Shown in pieces: positions 40,745 through 54,234 of a stretch of 64,000 bases of DNA. The DNA is from Callorhinchus milii. Its lineage: Eukaryota. Each line of letters opens with the position of its first letter. Positions within the stretch are counted from its first letter, which is position 1. The stretch is from positions 66,528,001 to 66,592,000 of the forward strand of contig NW_024704743.1 in assembly GCF_018977255.1 (NCBI RefSeq). Direction: 5' to 3'. Below the pieces are notes generated by a model. That model saw only the letters and a program-made list of their open reading frames with translations, did no database searches and was not told where the DNA came from. Position numbers and translations under genes: made by a program.

Positions 40745-41010
40745 GAAAAATAAATTGGTGTTTAATTCATTTTTAAATAACTCCACTTATAAAAATAAAT
40801 GTGTTCAATTTACAAGAAAATAATGCACACTCAGTGTTTAGTTCATTCTTAAATAATTTCAAGTACAAAAATAAATGTGTTTAATTCACAAGCTATCTGT
40901 GTAAAATAAATCAGTGTGTAATTTATTTTTAAATGTATTTATAAAAGAACAGAAATGTTTCATTCCCAATAAATCATATTTCTAAAATTAATCAGTGTTC
41001 AATTTACACA
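40745..41010. repeat. Degenerate AT-rich tandem motif (AAATAAAT..GTGTTYAATT)
   Basis: About 6 loosely spaced copies. Confidence 0.55.
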
Positions 41011-41659
41011 TTTTAATAATATAATTTTAGTAAGAAGGCATTTGATATAGTGCCTTGTCACATAGTTGAGATGTCTCAAAGTGTTTCACACAATATACTG
41101 TGAATTTTAAGAAAACCCTTTCAAAAAATTGATTATAATTGTAAAAAAAGGAGTATTCAGAGACCAATCACTCTTTTTGGTAGATATTGGTAGGACAAAT
41201 ACAAGGATTATTATTATTATTGTCTTTTGTGGTTTGAGATAAATGACCAGTGATTCTGTCAAATAATGTCTATTCTAACCTTTACAGTCAAATAATGTTA
41301 ATCTTTAAGATTAAATAATTGTTAAGTAATGTGGAAATTGTCATTAAGTCTGAAAATATTTTAGTGTCCTTGTGTTTCTATTAGGCTCCTTGTGCTCGTG
41401 TCTATTTCCCTCTTATCACTTTCTATTGAAGTAAATGCAATACAAATAAATGCAAGTTGTTGTATTGGAGGTTCTAGCATACACCAAATGCATTGGATAT
41501 TTTGCTTATTTGTTCATCAGCAGCAAACTCAATGAAGGAAAAGGGATGACTCACAGTTTTCTTGGTTACTCATTATCAAATTACTCTTGGCTGCCAAAAA
41601 AAGTTTAACTGAAATGAGTTGTGGAAGGAATAAGCAGGCAATAGAAAGGCAAAGCATAA

Positions 41660-42352
41660 CAACAACAAACACAACAACAAATTACATTTGTAAAGCACCT
41701 TTCACATCAGGAGGGATGTCCCAAGGTGCTGGATAGTCAATGTGTCGGGCCTGAGCTGGGGGTCAGGATCGGGGAGGGTGGAGGGCAGGTGGGGAAGCAG
41801 GGAAATCAAAAGCAAGGTCGAAGAGGAGGGTCTTGAGATGGGTCTTGAAGGTGGTGAGGGAGGGGGCAAGGCGGAGAGACTGCGGGATGGTGTTTCAGAG
41901 GGTAGGGGCAGAGTGGCAGAAGGCCCGCCCACCAATAGTGGGGCGAGCGAGGCGGGGGATGTGAAGCAGGCCGGAGCCCGCTGAGCGGAGGGAGCGAGCA
42001 GGATGGTAGGGTGTTCGGAGGTTGCAGAGGTAGGGGGAGAAAGACCATGGAGGGCTTTGAAGGTGAGGACCAGGATCTTGAACTGTATCCTCTGTGTGAT
42101 GGAAAGTCAGTGGAATCGGGCGAGGATGCGGGTGATAGGGTCACGGAGCCTAGTGGGGGAGAGGACATGGGCTGCAGAGTTCTGGATGATCTGCAGCCTG
42201 TGGAGGGAGGAGTTGGGGAGGACGACAAGTAATGAGTTTGCATAGTTGAGCCTGGATGTAATGAAAGTGTGTATGAGGGTTTCGGTGGCTGCGGTGTGAG
42301 ACAGTGGCGCAGCCGGGTGATGTTGTGGAGGTGTGGGAAGGCAAAGCGAGTC
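41660..42352 (-). mobile_element. L2-clade LINE 3' fragment
   Basis: ETLIHTFITSRLNYANSLLVVLPNSSLHRLQIIQNSAAHVLS plus tail. Confidence 0.88.
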
Positions 42353-42354
42353 GA

Positions 42355-44290
42355 CAACAACAACCACTTATACTTATATACCGCCCTCCATGCCAGGCGG
42401 CGTCTCAGAGCGCTTAACAATGGTGGAGCTAGGGAGAGGAGGAAGGTAGGCACAATCGAAAAAGAAGGTCTTCAGGTGCAACCTGAAGATAGGGAAGGAA
42501 AGGGTGAGGTGAAGGAGTTGAGGGAGTTCCAAAGTTTCGGGGCATAGTAATGGCTGAAGGCATGGCCGCCAATGGTGCAGCGGAGGATTCAGGGCATGCG
42601 GAAGAGGCCAGACCCAGTAGAGAGGAGGCAGCGGGTACTGCTGTGGGGAAAGAGGAGGTTAGAGAGATAGGGGGCTGCCAAGGAATAAAGGGATTTAAAC
42701 ACTAGAGTGAGGATCTTGAAGTCAATCTGCTCTGTGACAGGGAGCCAGTGGAGTTTGGCAAGGACTGGAGTAATCGGGGTACAACGTTTGGTGCAGGTGA
42801 GAATGTGGGCAGCGGAGTTTTGAATGAGCTGGATTTTGTGAATAGTGGATGAGGGGAGACCGATGAGGAGGGCGTTACAGTCCAGTCGAGAGGTGACAAA
42901 GGCATGGACAAGGGTTTCAGCAGCTTTTGGGGTGAGGTATCGTCAGAGACAGCAATGTGGTGGAGGTGGAAGAAAGCGATGCTGGTCAGGGGCCAAATGT
43001 GAGGGATGAAGGATAACTGGGGATCGAACCCGATGCCTGAGTTGCGCACGGGTTCAGAGAATTTTAAGACAGGTCAGTTAGGTTGAGGAGGTTGGAACTG
43101 TGGGACAGAAGACATCGGCAGGAGCCAAAGAGTATGGCTTCCATCTTGTTGATGTTTAACTGCAGGAAATTTGCACTCATTCCAACGCTTGATGTCCAAA
43201 AGACAAGCTGACAGAACATCGCGGGACTGGGGGTCTCAGCTGGAGGTAGAAAAGTAGAGTTGAGTATCATCCGCATATATGTGGAAGTTAACCCTGTATC
43301 TGTGGATGACATCATTGAGAGGAAGCATATAGATGAGGAAGAGAAGGTGGCCAAAGATGGATCCTTGGGGTACCCTGCAGGTGACCGGGTGGAAACGCAA
43401 AGAAAAAACATTTGCAGAAATGTAGTGCTGGTGGTTTGTATTGTAGGACTCGAACCAAGTGAGTGTGGCCCCACTAAGCTGGATGATGGAGAACATGGGG
43501 TGGAAGAGGATGGCGTGATCGACTGTGTCGATTTCAGCAGAGAGGTCCAGGAGGACCAGGAGGCAGAGGGAGCCCTGGTCACAGATAGAGAGGATATCGT
43601 TTATGACCTTCACAAGCACTGTCTCTGTACTGTGGGTGGGGCGGATCCTGGACTGGAGGGGTTCGAGTAGTGTATGGAAGGAGAGGTGTGCCCGAAGTTG
43701 GTCAGCAACAATGCGTTCCAGAGCTTTGGCAAGGAAGGGCAGGTTTGACATAGGGCAGTAGTGGCCGAAGTTAGAGGGGATCGAGGGTAGGTTTTTTAAG
43801 GAGGGGTTTAATGACTGCGGTTTTGAAGGCAAGTGGGACTGATCCTGAGGAGAGAGGCTGGTTAATACTGTCTGCCGGCAGTGGGCAGAGGAGGGGGAGC
43901 TGAATGATCAGCAGTTGGGTGGGGAGGGGGTCTAGGCAGCAGGTTATGGGTTTTATTATTGTGATGGTGGATGAGAGGGAGGAAGGAGAGATAAGGGCAA
44001 ATGAATGTAGGATGGGGGCCGTGGTAGGAGCTGAGGGTGAGGTGGGTGAGGGAGACAGAATGGGAGTGGTGGTAGGTGACACGGGACAAAGGGATGAAGC
44101 TACCAGATGGATCTTGTCAATTTTAGATATAAGGAAGTCCATGATCTCTTCGCACTTGGTGTTAAATGTGATTATGGAGGGTGCTTGAAGGGGCACACAG
44201 AGGAGGTGGTGGGCGGTGGAGAATAGGATTTTGGAGTTATTGTTGGCCTCCGTGATCTGTGGGTCTTGGCGCAGATCTGGGGTAGAAAAG
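42355..44290 (-). mobile_element. L2-clade LINE, ~1.9 kb, degenerate reverse transcriptase region
   Basis: RT motifs in 43236-43832: YCPMSNLPFLAKALERIV, STETVLVKVINDI, LLDLSAEIDTVDH, VPQGSIFG, FHIYADDTQLY. Frameshifted, so non-functional. Confidence 0.93.
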
Positions 44291-44324
44291 GAAAAAAAGG
44301 ATAGTTGAGGAGGGGAGAAAGAAC

Positions 44325-44840
44325 ATAAGAAATTACTAGGCGAAAGAAGACCATGTCCATCCAGTTTGCCTTCCCCCACCCTGGCAGTCACTTGATATGT
44401 CATATCCCAAATTATATATGGTATCCCAAGATATTATTTCCTAACACAAATCTATCAAATTTGTTCTTGAAAGAATCAACACTTTCTGCTTCAGTCTCCA
44501 CTGTCCACTGACTCCCTAATATTTTATATATATTTATAATATATTTTTAATATATTGTAGAGAGATTGGATGAAGAAGATCCCTTGGCTCCTTTGATTTC
44601 ATCCTTCCATAATACTAATCCTGCTGTTTTCCCATTAGGGAATTACACTGTTTTTAAATGAGCCTAGTTCTTGATTATCTTCTGTGTAAAGAAATGCTCC
44701 CTAGTGTCTCTCCTAAAATTGCTGTTCACAGCTATGAGTACTTGCCATACTTCCTGTGATATATTAAAATTTATTGTTCCAGGTTACTTTCTCTATCTTG
44801 TGAAAGATCTTACACATCTTAAAAGGAACACTAAGTCTTT
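44325..44840 (-). mobile_element. CR1 LINE 3' fragment (degenerate)
   Basis: GAACATAAGAA tail and 3'UTR shared with 14790-14860 and 40100-40180. Confidence 0.65.
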
Positions 44841-44850
44841 TAAGCCAGCC

Positions 44851-45002
44851 GACTGTTTGTGGGACATTGCTGTGCGCAATTGGCTGCCGCATTCACCCAC
44901 AAATATACAGTCAATTTACTTTACAGTATATTCTGTGAAGCGCTTTGGGACGTCTAGAAGATGTGAAAAGCGCTATATCAAATGCAAGAATTATTATTAT
45001 TA
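44851..45002 (+). mobile_element. 5'-truncated SINE
   Basis: Deu-like body and tail near identical to the family. Confidence 0.9.
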
Positions 45003-45939
45003 AAGAGTGGGAAATGAGTGAATTTGAGAATAGGGGACAAAATTAGAACATTTATATAATTCTTGCATGATTAGTGATCAGAAGAGAAAATTGTTTTCCC
45101 AAAGTGTATAGATGGTGCAGACTCCTAGTGAAATTAGTTAACGTTGATACAGATAACACAAGATAACACACCAGTGCAGTTAACAAGTGATCTGATTTTC
45201 TCGGGGCATTCCTTGACACCAGTTTACACTTCTTGCTACCTAAGAGTGGCATTGCTGTGTGGGCAGCAACTTCTACACTATAAACAAATTCACACACCCA
45301 GGTGTTCATGTATGAATGGCCATCTTTGGATATGGAAAACCATCAACATCTTTATAATGAACTGGAGATATTTCTGTCGGGCTAAAGCAGTAATGGCCAA
45401 CCCATGGCCCCCAATTGCTGCTTGTGGAAAGTCAAGAAGCGGTCCCCAAAACATTAGCACGAGTCTAGGTAAATCCATGTTTGATTGTTAGTCTGTTTTC
45501 AACTTCTTCCTTATTGAATATTTCTTGATTTATGGCATTCATGGTAATTAAATGCTTTCTGTTCTGTGTCTGGTTCATTTGCACTTCAGTTTTTGACATC
45601 CTTGTTATTCACCCAATCGTGCTAACTATATCAACTTTGTCTAAAACAGGGCAACCATATGTCACGCCCCCTCTATTTGCATCTAAGCCATAACTTTTTC
45701 CTCTGTTTAGACAGCAGCAACATCACATTTTTGGGGAAAGAAAATGTCATGCTCTTGATTGTCCGTGAATCCCTCTGGCTGTGACCAGAGCTCCCTGTGC
45801 TCGTCGACCTCCTTAATCTCTTTGCCGCTTGATGATAACTACATCCTTTTCCACTGTCTGGACTTCCTAGTTAACCTCAGTAGATCTACCCTTTCCTATT
45901 TTCACTGTATTTGAATGACGTCAACTTTTGGATGAGCCA

Positions 45940-48400
45940 TAACTTTTTCCAAATTAACAATGCATTCCAGATCTGAACAACTCACTGTATGAAAATATTT
46001 CTCCTCACCTCCCATCCGTTTCTTTTAACAACTATTTTAAATCGGTGTCCTCAGGTTACCCACCCAACTGCCAGTGGAAATAGTTTCTGCTTGTTCACCC
46101 TATCGAATCCCCTCATAATTTTGAAAACTTCTATTAAGTCTCCTCTTAAACTTCTCTGCTCGAAGGAGAATAATCCTGGCTTCTCTCGCCTCTCCTCATA
46201 ACTGAAGTCCCTCATTCCTGGTACCATCCTGGTAAATCTCCTTTGCACCCTGTCCAATGCCTTGACATCCTTCCGAAAGTGTGGCGCCCAATACTGAACA
46301 CAGTACTCGAGCTGAGGCCTAACCAGTGTTTTATAAAGGTTCATCATAACTACCTGACTTTTGTCTTCTACGCCCCTATTTATAAAGCCTAGTATCCCGT
46401 ATGCTTTTTTAACAGCTTTATCTACCTGTCCTGCCACCTCAAAGATTTACTTATATGAACCCTCAGGTCTCTCTGTTCCTTCACCCCTATAAGATTGTAC
46501 CATCAGCTTATATTGCCTCTCCTCATTCTTCCTCCCAAAATGCATCACTGTATTTCTCCACATTAAACTTCATCTGCCACATGTCTGCCCATTTTACCAG
46601 TCTGTCTATGTCCTCTTGCAGTCTCCTCCTCACTGTTTGCCACTTTTCCTAGCTTAGCATCATCTGCAAACTTGGAAATTGTCCTCCCTATACCCAAGCT
46701 GTTTTACCTGCCAATCTTTCTTTCCAATCCACCTTGGTTAGGTCCCTTTTTAACTCACTGAAATTAGCCCTCTTCCATTTGAGTATCTTCACCTTTGATT
46801 GTTCCTTGTCCCTTTCCATAAGTACTCTAAACCTAATGATGTTGTGGTCACTGTTGTCCAGATGCTCTCCTACTGAAACCTGCTCCACTTCATTCCCCAT
46901 AACTAGAGTCAGCACTGCTTCCTTCTTCATTGAGCTGGAAATGTACCGATCCAGAAAGTTATCCTGCACACATTTCAGGAATCCTTCCCCCTCCTTGCCC
47001 TTTACACTGTTATTTTGTCAGTCTATGTTAGGATAATTGAAGTCCCCCTTTATAACTACTCTATTGGTTTTGCATCTTTCTGAAATCTACTTGTAGATTT
47101 GCTCATCTATCTCCTTCGCACTATTTGGTAATCTATAGTGTAAACCTAACAGAGTAACAGCTCCTTTTCTGCTCCTTAACTCTAACCAAATAGATTGTGT
47201 TTTTGTACCCTCTAGCACATCATCGCTTTTCAGGGCCGTAACCGTGTCTTTAATCAATATTGCCATCCCCCTCCTTTCTTTCCTTCCCTCTCCCTCCTGA
47301 ATACATTGTAGCCAGGAATATTCAATGCCATTCCTGCCCTTGTTTGAGCCAGGTCTCCGTTATTGCCACTACATCATAATCCCATGTGGCAATTTGAGCC
47401 TGCCGTTCACCAATCTTATTTGTCACACTCAGTGCATTTACCCACATGAACTCCAAGATTGACTTAGTCTTTTCTGCATTTCTTCTCCGTCTAATCCCTC
47501 CTTTTTCTGGATTACTCCTTATTACATTGCTATTCATCTCTCGCAGTCCTCTGTGTAACTTGTTTCTCCTCTCTAATGCTACGTCCCCCCTCAAAATTAG
47601 TTTAAATCCTTCCCCACAGCACTAGTTAACCTCCCTGCAAGGACAGTGGTCCCAGCCCTGTTAGGTATAACCCATCCACCACGTAAGGTCCCACCTGCCC
47701 CAGAAATGGTCCCAATGGTCCAGGAATCTGAAGCCCTCCTTTCTGCACCATTTTTCCAGCCATGCATTCATGTGTTTGATCCTGCTGTTTAGATACTCAC
47801 TTGAATTAGGCACTGGGAGTAATCCACCTTTGAGTTCCTACTCTTTAGCTTTTTCCCTAGCTTCTGATACTCTCCCTGATACCTCAACCCTTTTTTTCCC
47901 TACATCATGGATCCCAACATGGACTTCTGGATGTTCCCCTTCCCCCTGTAGAACATTTTGCACCCGTTCCTGAGATGTCTTCGACCCTGGCACCAAATAA
48001 GATTGGTGAGCTGCAGGCTCAAGTTGCCACATGGGATTATGATGTAGTGGCAATAACGGAGACCATGTGAGAGTTAGAGAAACACCTGCCTACTTCTTTC
48101 ACTATTGTGTCCCCTATGACAATTGCATTGACACTCTTCCCTGTGTACCACTGTGCATCCACTTGCTTTTGACTCCCCTCCCCCAAGGTGTCATCACCCT
48201 GACCAGTATTCAGTACAGAGAACCTGTTTGCCAGTGAATTTCAGAACTGCCCATCCCCTCTTCCTACTGTCACCCACTCACTTTCCCTCTGTGGCTGTGG
48301 GGTGACCACCGTCTGAAACATTCAATTCATGAACTCTTCAGCCTTCCATATGCTATGGAGCCTCTCCCCAAGCTCAGAAACTCTGAGCTCAAGCTCAAGC
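45940..48400 (-). mobile_element. CR1-clade LINE, internally deleted (ORF1 remnants, endonuclease, RT C-terminal part)
   Basis: EN motifs WVNA...YDVVAITETWL and LDNSDHNII. TISKFADDAKL near 46650-46685. C-terminal LYKTLVRPQLEYCVQYWAPH...RGDLIEVFKIMRG. ORF1-like HVGIHDVGK at ~47900. Confidence 0.9.
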
Positions 48401-48649
48401 AGCCAGAGTTTTATATTATTTTAATATAACTTATATATTTTATAATTATGCACCTCTTTCCCCTTCTGCACCAAATTCCCACTCTCATTAAATTCCTTAA
48501 CATAATCCTCACTCAGTTCCCTCCTCATGCTGCTGGGCTCTCTGCTCAAGTAAGGCCCTTGCAAGTCTCCTTTATATGGGACTCAAACAAAAGCACCCAG
48601 TTTCAACTGGTCAGCAGATATTTTAATCCCCAACACTTGGCCTATGATT

Positions 48650-49010
48650 AATTGCTAGTGTTTAAATCCCTCCATTCCTTGGCACTCCATTATCTCTCTA
48701 ACCTCCTCTCTCCCAACAGCAGTACCTGCTACCTCTGCTGGGTCCAGCCTCCTCCGTGTTCCCCAAGTCCTCTGCTCCACCATTGTCGGCAGCTGTGCCT
48801 TCAGCCACTGTGCCCCGAAACTTGGGAATTCCCTTCCTAAACCCCTTTGTCTCATCCCCTCTATCCCCATCTTCAAGTCCCGCCTGAAGACCTTCCTCTT
48901 TGACTGCGCTGGCAGTCACTTCCCGCTCCCTCTGGCTCTGCCATTGTTAAGCGCTCTGAGAGGCCACCCGGCGTGCAGGCCACTATATAGATGCAAGTTG
49001 TTGTAGTTGT
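48650..49010 (+). mobile_element. L2-clade LINE 3' fragment
   Basis: LVFKSLHSLALHYLSNLL plus tail. Confidence 0.8.
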
Positions 49011-49079
49011 TGCTACTAATTGGATTGGCCAGGTGGCTGAGGAAAGTTCGACTTAGGGTTCTTCAGTCTTGAAAGATTT

Positions 49080-49400
49080 CTCAGAGGGCTTTATAACATT
49101 TTAAATAGGATTGAAAAGTAAACCCAGAACAATACTTTAGGATGCAACAAACAGTAGAAGAAGATGACACAGGTTTAGAGTTGCACTAGGGCAATTTCAG
49201 GAAAGACACTAGGAAGTTTTTCTTTACCCAGAGAGTCATTGACGACTGGAACAGGTTGCCAGGAAGAGTGATTGAAGCCAGGACACTGGATTTATTTTTT
49301 AAAAAAAACACAGCTTAATGTTGTGATGAGAAGTCAGTGGGGTTGGTATTTTCAAAGGGTGAGTTCAGATGGAATGAAGAGCTTCTTTCATTTGAACCAA
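49080..49400 (+). mobile_element. CR1 LINE 3' fragment (degenerate)
   Basis: RKFFFTQRVIDDWNRLP remnant. A similar piece lies at 24575-24715. Confidence 0.65.
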
Positions 49401-49679
49401 TCTTGTGACTTAAAAAAAAATGACATTGAGTGTTGGATTTATAGGCTATTAAAGAGATGGTCATGCAATCTCTAATAACTGAGTAAAAATTGAGAAATGT
49501 TATGTGGAAATTGTCACTATCATCAGTATAATCAGTAATATATGATCGTCCAAGAGATAATGTTTTAACTTAGGTTTTCTTGGGTTAAACCTCTATTCCA
49601 GATTCCACCCTGTCAGGTCCAGCATAATTTATTTTCAGATCACAGTGTTCTACACCAGTTTATACTGCAGTCAGTGTAC

Positions 49680-49967
49680 TGGCAAGCTATGCAGATTTAG
49701 CTGATTAGAATCCAGCAGTACCCCAACATACACTCTGGGGTCCCCAAGCGTTGGCTTCTTGCCAACCTGCGCCTAATACTTTCCGGAATTGAGGTAAGCA
49801 GGATGTGTCCCTCCAGGGAGAGAGAGTGCACATTCCATTCCAACAATCTATCTCTGGAATTTCCATGTGTAGGTGGGATGCATGGAAATCTCAGCTTGGC
49901 TTGGATACTCTTAAGCCTGGTGGTGTATTTCCGAATGTGTCAGACACACAGCTGACTCCAAAAAAAA
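49680..49967. repeat. Unclassified ~290-bp dispersed repeat (best-preserved copy)
   Basis: Homologous in reverse orientation to 39468-39735, 58560-58910, 10088-10197 and 28208-28288. Homologous in the same orientation to ~27315-27405. Confidence 0.75.
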
Positions 49968-51194
49968 TTCCAAACTAAATCTCTCAAATATAATTCGTCA
50001 CTCATTTCATGTCTGTTTACAGGACATTGCTGTGTGCAAGTTTGCTGTTATATTCATCATTAAGGTACACAGCTAAGCATCTGAAGTATTTTGAGATGTC
50101 TCGATGATGTGGTAAGGATCTATATCAAATGTATGGATTATTATATTGAGGTTTGGATACAACACCGTAACACGGTGGAAAGAATACTGATCCTACAAAT
50201 ATTTGCAAGGAGGAGTCACTACTGACTGTTTGGCTCGAGGCACAAGTCATGCAGGTAATGCATAGCTTGGTCATGTCAGCAAAGACTTCAGCATCCTCCA
50301 AAAGTGAGCGTGAATCACCACACTATAATATGCCCTGGTTTTAACATTCTGTCATTTTAAGGACTCGAACACCTTGTTATAGTGGGGCTGGACTGTACTT
50401 ATTGTGCAAAAAATGGAACAGAAACTGGTCATTAATAAAGTCACTGCAACACATTTCCAGGTTATGTAGGCATGGTTTATTACTTAAACAAATATGAAAC
50501 ATGCTACAGAAATGCTGAGATATTTTCATTTGATGCATTGTTCTTTTTAATTTTCCAAGGTTTAAGCACAAAACTATGAGAGGGAAGTTTATACATGAGG
50601 ATCCAAGTAAAGGGTTATTTTCAGAAGGTCAAAGCCCAAGTCATTGTTGCAGTTGGGGAAGTGTATTTATGATGGAAAATATTTCCGATTTATTTTGGAA
50701 TCGAGCCCAGAGCAGCTGGTGAATAATGATTAGTTGGGCTGGTCAGTAGGTAACAATTATCAGTATGAACCAAATGACTTACATGGTGGAGGTTAGATAA
50801 TGGGGTCGAAAACGTGGTATTTGCAAACAGGCTGTTGCTGTGCTAATTGTGACTTTCATTTAATGACTGAAATTGCAGGATTCTCCAACAAATTTGCTGA
50901 ACAAATTTGGAGAAAGAGCACTGTTCCACTGTTCACTCTCCTGTATTTGTAGTGTGAAGGATTCCACTAAGAAGTGGTCTGAAAGTAAGAATGCAGCAAA
51001 CCAAAATTCACAATAAGCACATTCTGATTTGTGAATTTCATCTTTTCATCTCCAATAGATACTGAAGACAAGACGTGAATGCAGGTTGCATGAATTGGGA
51101 GCAACTGCTGTGGAGGCAGAGAAGCTGACTACCTTGTTGTGGCTTGAAAGAGGTGAGCGAAGAGCTTGGTGAGGTCTCTCTTAGACTGCAAAAG

Positions 51195-51515
51195 ATAATA
51201 ATAATAATCCTTGCATTTGATATAGCACTTTTCATGTCTTCTAGACATCCCAAAGCGCTTCACAGAATATACTGTAAAGTGAATTGACTGTATATTTGTG
51301 GGCGAACGCGGCAGCCAATTGCGTACAGCAATGTCCCACAAACAGTCATTGATTGAAAATGACCAAATTATTATTATTGTTTTGTTTTTTTGGAGGGATT
51401 ATTATTAGGCGTGTGGAGTAAGGAAACTTGCCCAAGATTTCACCCTGTCTGGAATTGAACTCAGGTCTCTTACTTGCAAAGCGAGTGCTCTAACCACTGA
51501 GCTACAGGACTCCAC
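51195..51515 (-). mobile_element. tRNA-derived SINE, full length, short form
   Basis: Near-identical family copy. Confidence 0.93.
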
Positions 51516-54234
51516 ATAATGGGACTGAAGGACACTTAGGCCAATATGCCTAATACTGTTTTATGTATTAGGTAATTTATATAAATGCTGCATTTTTGTT
51601 AAAAGTTGTGAATCTTCTTCTCAAAGCAGCATTCTAAGTAGCTTTTAGCAATCTATTACTTAGCCAGCAATGTCTGCACTTTGCCTCTAAATGGTTTCCG
51701 TAAGACAGGAAAATGGAGAGCGTTGTAGATTGGAAATCAAACAAAATATTTGAGGCTCTTCAATTCAAGATGAGTAGAATTGGAGTTCATTGTTCAGCTA
51801 TTATTGTCCCTTTTGAAGCATGTGTACTGTCTGTGCTCACTCCTTTGCAACAGCAATAAAAACATTTTGTTGTCTAACATGCAATATTTCTTAATGTTTT
51901 TCCTCAATAAAGAATCCTTTAGATATCCTGCAGATCAGTGGGAGCTCTTCTCCAGACAGAAATCGCAGCGGAGCAAAGTTCCCGTGGTGCTAAATGACAC
52001 AATTCTGGTTGCCGGATTGAGCCTACAATGGCAAAAAAAATTCTTCATCAGGAAATTCCATTAAGAAATATTACATTTTCGACCCTTACATGTTCAATCA
52101 TTTTCCGCTTATTTCATATAACATCCAAAATGCAGGATAAGTAAAAATGTGCTGCCGGGGGATGGGAAGGGTATGCAAAAATATCAGCCTAGTATATGTA
52201 GATTTTCTTCACAACATCTGGTTGAAGGAGCAGAACGAAAGATGCACAATAATATTAATAATCTTTGCATTTGTTATAATGCCTTATTATATCGTCAGAA
52301 TGCCTCACAGGATTTATTGTAAGTGTAGTGGCTATGTATTTGTAGGTTAACATAATAATAATGTAATAAGGCTGCTCGCCAATTTCATTCCAACATGTTT
52401 GGCAGATTCTGATAAAATGTCTTGTTAACAATTCAATGCAAGACCCATGGAGTTCAGTGGAACTCTGAGCAAAGAGCACAGCTACTCAATGATGAGAAAT
52501 CTCACAAACACCAAAGGTAAAGCATGGAGCCTTGTTTACTGGGAGCCTTGTAATTCTGATCAAGTGTACGTATGACTGAACCTAGCTCAAGTTTATATTC
52601 AAAGAAACCCAATCAGTTGTACTGTGTTCATTAGATCTTGTGAATAATCAGTACTTGTCATCACTCCCACTGGTTCCTTTGTTAATCTTTTCAGCATAAA
52701 TACACATTACATGACAGTTATTATAATATTTTGATAAAAAACTTCATTCACATATTACTTTTACATGACATTACGATGACCTTATTAATTTCAGTAGATG
52801 TTAAGAGGAAAGCAATTATTCTGCTGTTTAGCTCTGTTGAAATATACCATGTCATACTGTGCTGTGATGTATAATGTTGCCCTGTACTGTGCACTATTGT
52901 AGAGTACTATTCTTTGCTTTATGCTTTGCTGTGCTAAACTTTGACCATGTTGGGCTGTGGCAAGCTTTGATTGCTGTAACTTGCTATACTGAGGCATCCC
53001 ATTCTTTGCTTCGCTGTATCAACCAAAAGTCTGTTTGAGTGAGTGGAAGTGATACAATCATTCCATTCAATCGAACAATTAGCTGTGGTTATATGAACAA
53101 TGCGTGTCAACCTCTTTATTACTTTAAGCTTGGGCGTAGGAGCTCTTTCAAGATGTGCTGCATAAGAACATGTGATGGTAAGATATGAATTTAGGGTCTA
53201 TAAGACCAGTAACAAAGAAACCGTAAGTAGCCGTACAATGAAATAATAGCTATAAAGTATAATAGCTATCCTTAGAGCTTTGTCAATAGAAACTGGATGA
53301 ACCATCTTTTTTTGTTCCCATTGTTTTGTACATGATCCTATGTTAACACATTAGCTAAGAACTGTTTGATCCATGTTAACATCTTTTTTTACAATGACAT
53401 TTATTTTGCACTTTCTGTTCTACACAGCAATCACTCCTCCTTAATTATAACACATTACGTAGTGAAAGGTTGATGAATCACACTTCTGTTCAACCAGCCA
53501 AGCATTTGACTGCAGTAATTCTGTCGACACAACTAAACCAGGGGCTCTAATGTATTGTACAGGTCCGAAATGCAGCAAGTGGTATTGATAGGCCAGATGG
53601 TTCGCATCCGTAATTGGCGTCTAGTGTTATTATTCTTGCAGATTAGTCGCCCTTCGCATCACATAATGAATCTCAGTAATATGGATATCATACTGAGTTC
53701 TCAGGGTGCACAGCCAATTCTGCTGATTGTTTATGCGCATTGGGGTGTGCTGAAGTCAGAGCCCAGGAAACAGCAGAGTGGATGGAACTGATGCTGAGCA
53801 AGACCATTTACCTTACCCCCTAATGAGGCAAAGCTTTCAGCCGTTCAATACCCTTTCTGCACATTACAAGCCTCTCTGTAAAGGTTTATTTGATTTATAA
53901 AGAAGAATCTATTTAATTGCTCAATAAGCTTATTAAAAGTACCACTGTTAGCAGTCTCACCTTTCCTATTCTAATAAATGAAGCCAAAACATTTCTGATG
54001 TCAGACTTGTGCTCAATTTAAGATGACAGTAATGCAGTATTAGAGTAGTGTACTGCATTACAAGAATATTTACCTTTTGGTTGAGATGTTAAACCAAATC
54101 TCATCTGCGTGTTCTTCTAGTGAATGTTAAAAATACAGCCACTACACATGAAAGCAATTACCTGTGAAGTGGTTTGAGCTGTTTGAACATTCTAGATGCT
54201 ACATCAAGCATAAGTACTGTATTATTGTTATTAT

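Noticed and set aside
43236..43832. RT as part of a retron, DGR or domesticated gene
   Set aside because: Ordinary frameshifted L2-clade LINE RT with substitutions in conserved motifs, followed by a standard LINE 3' tail.
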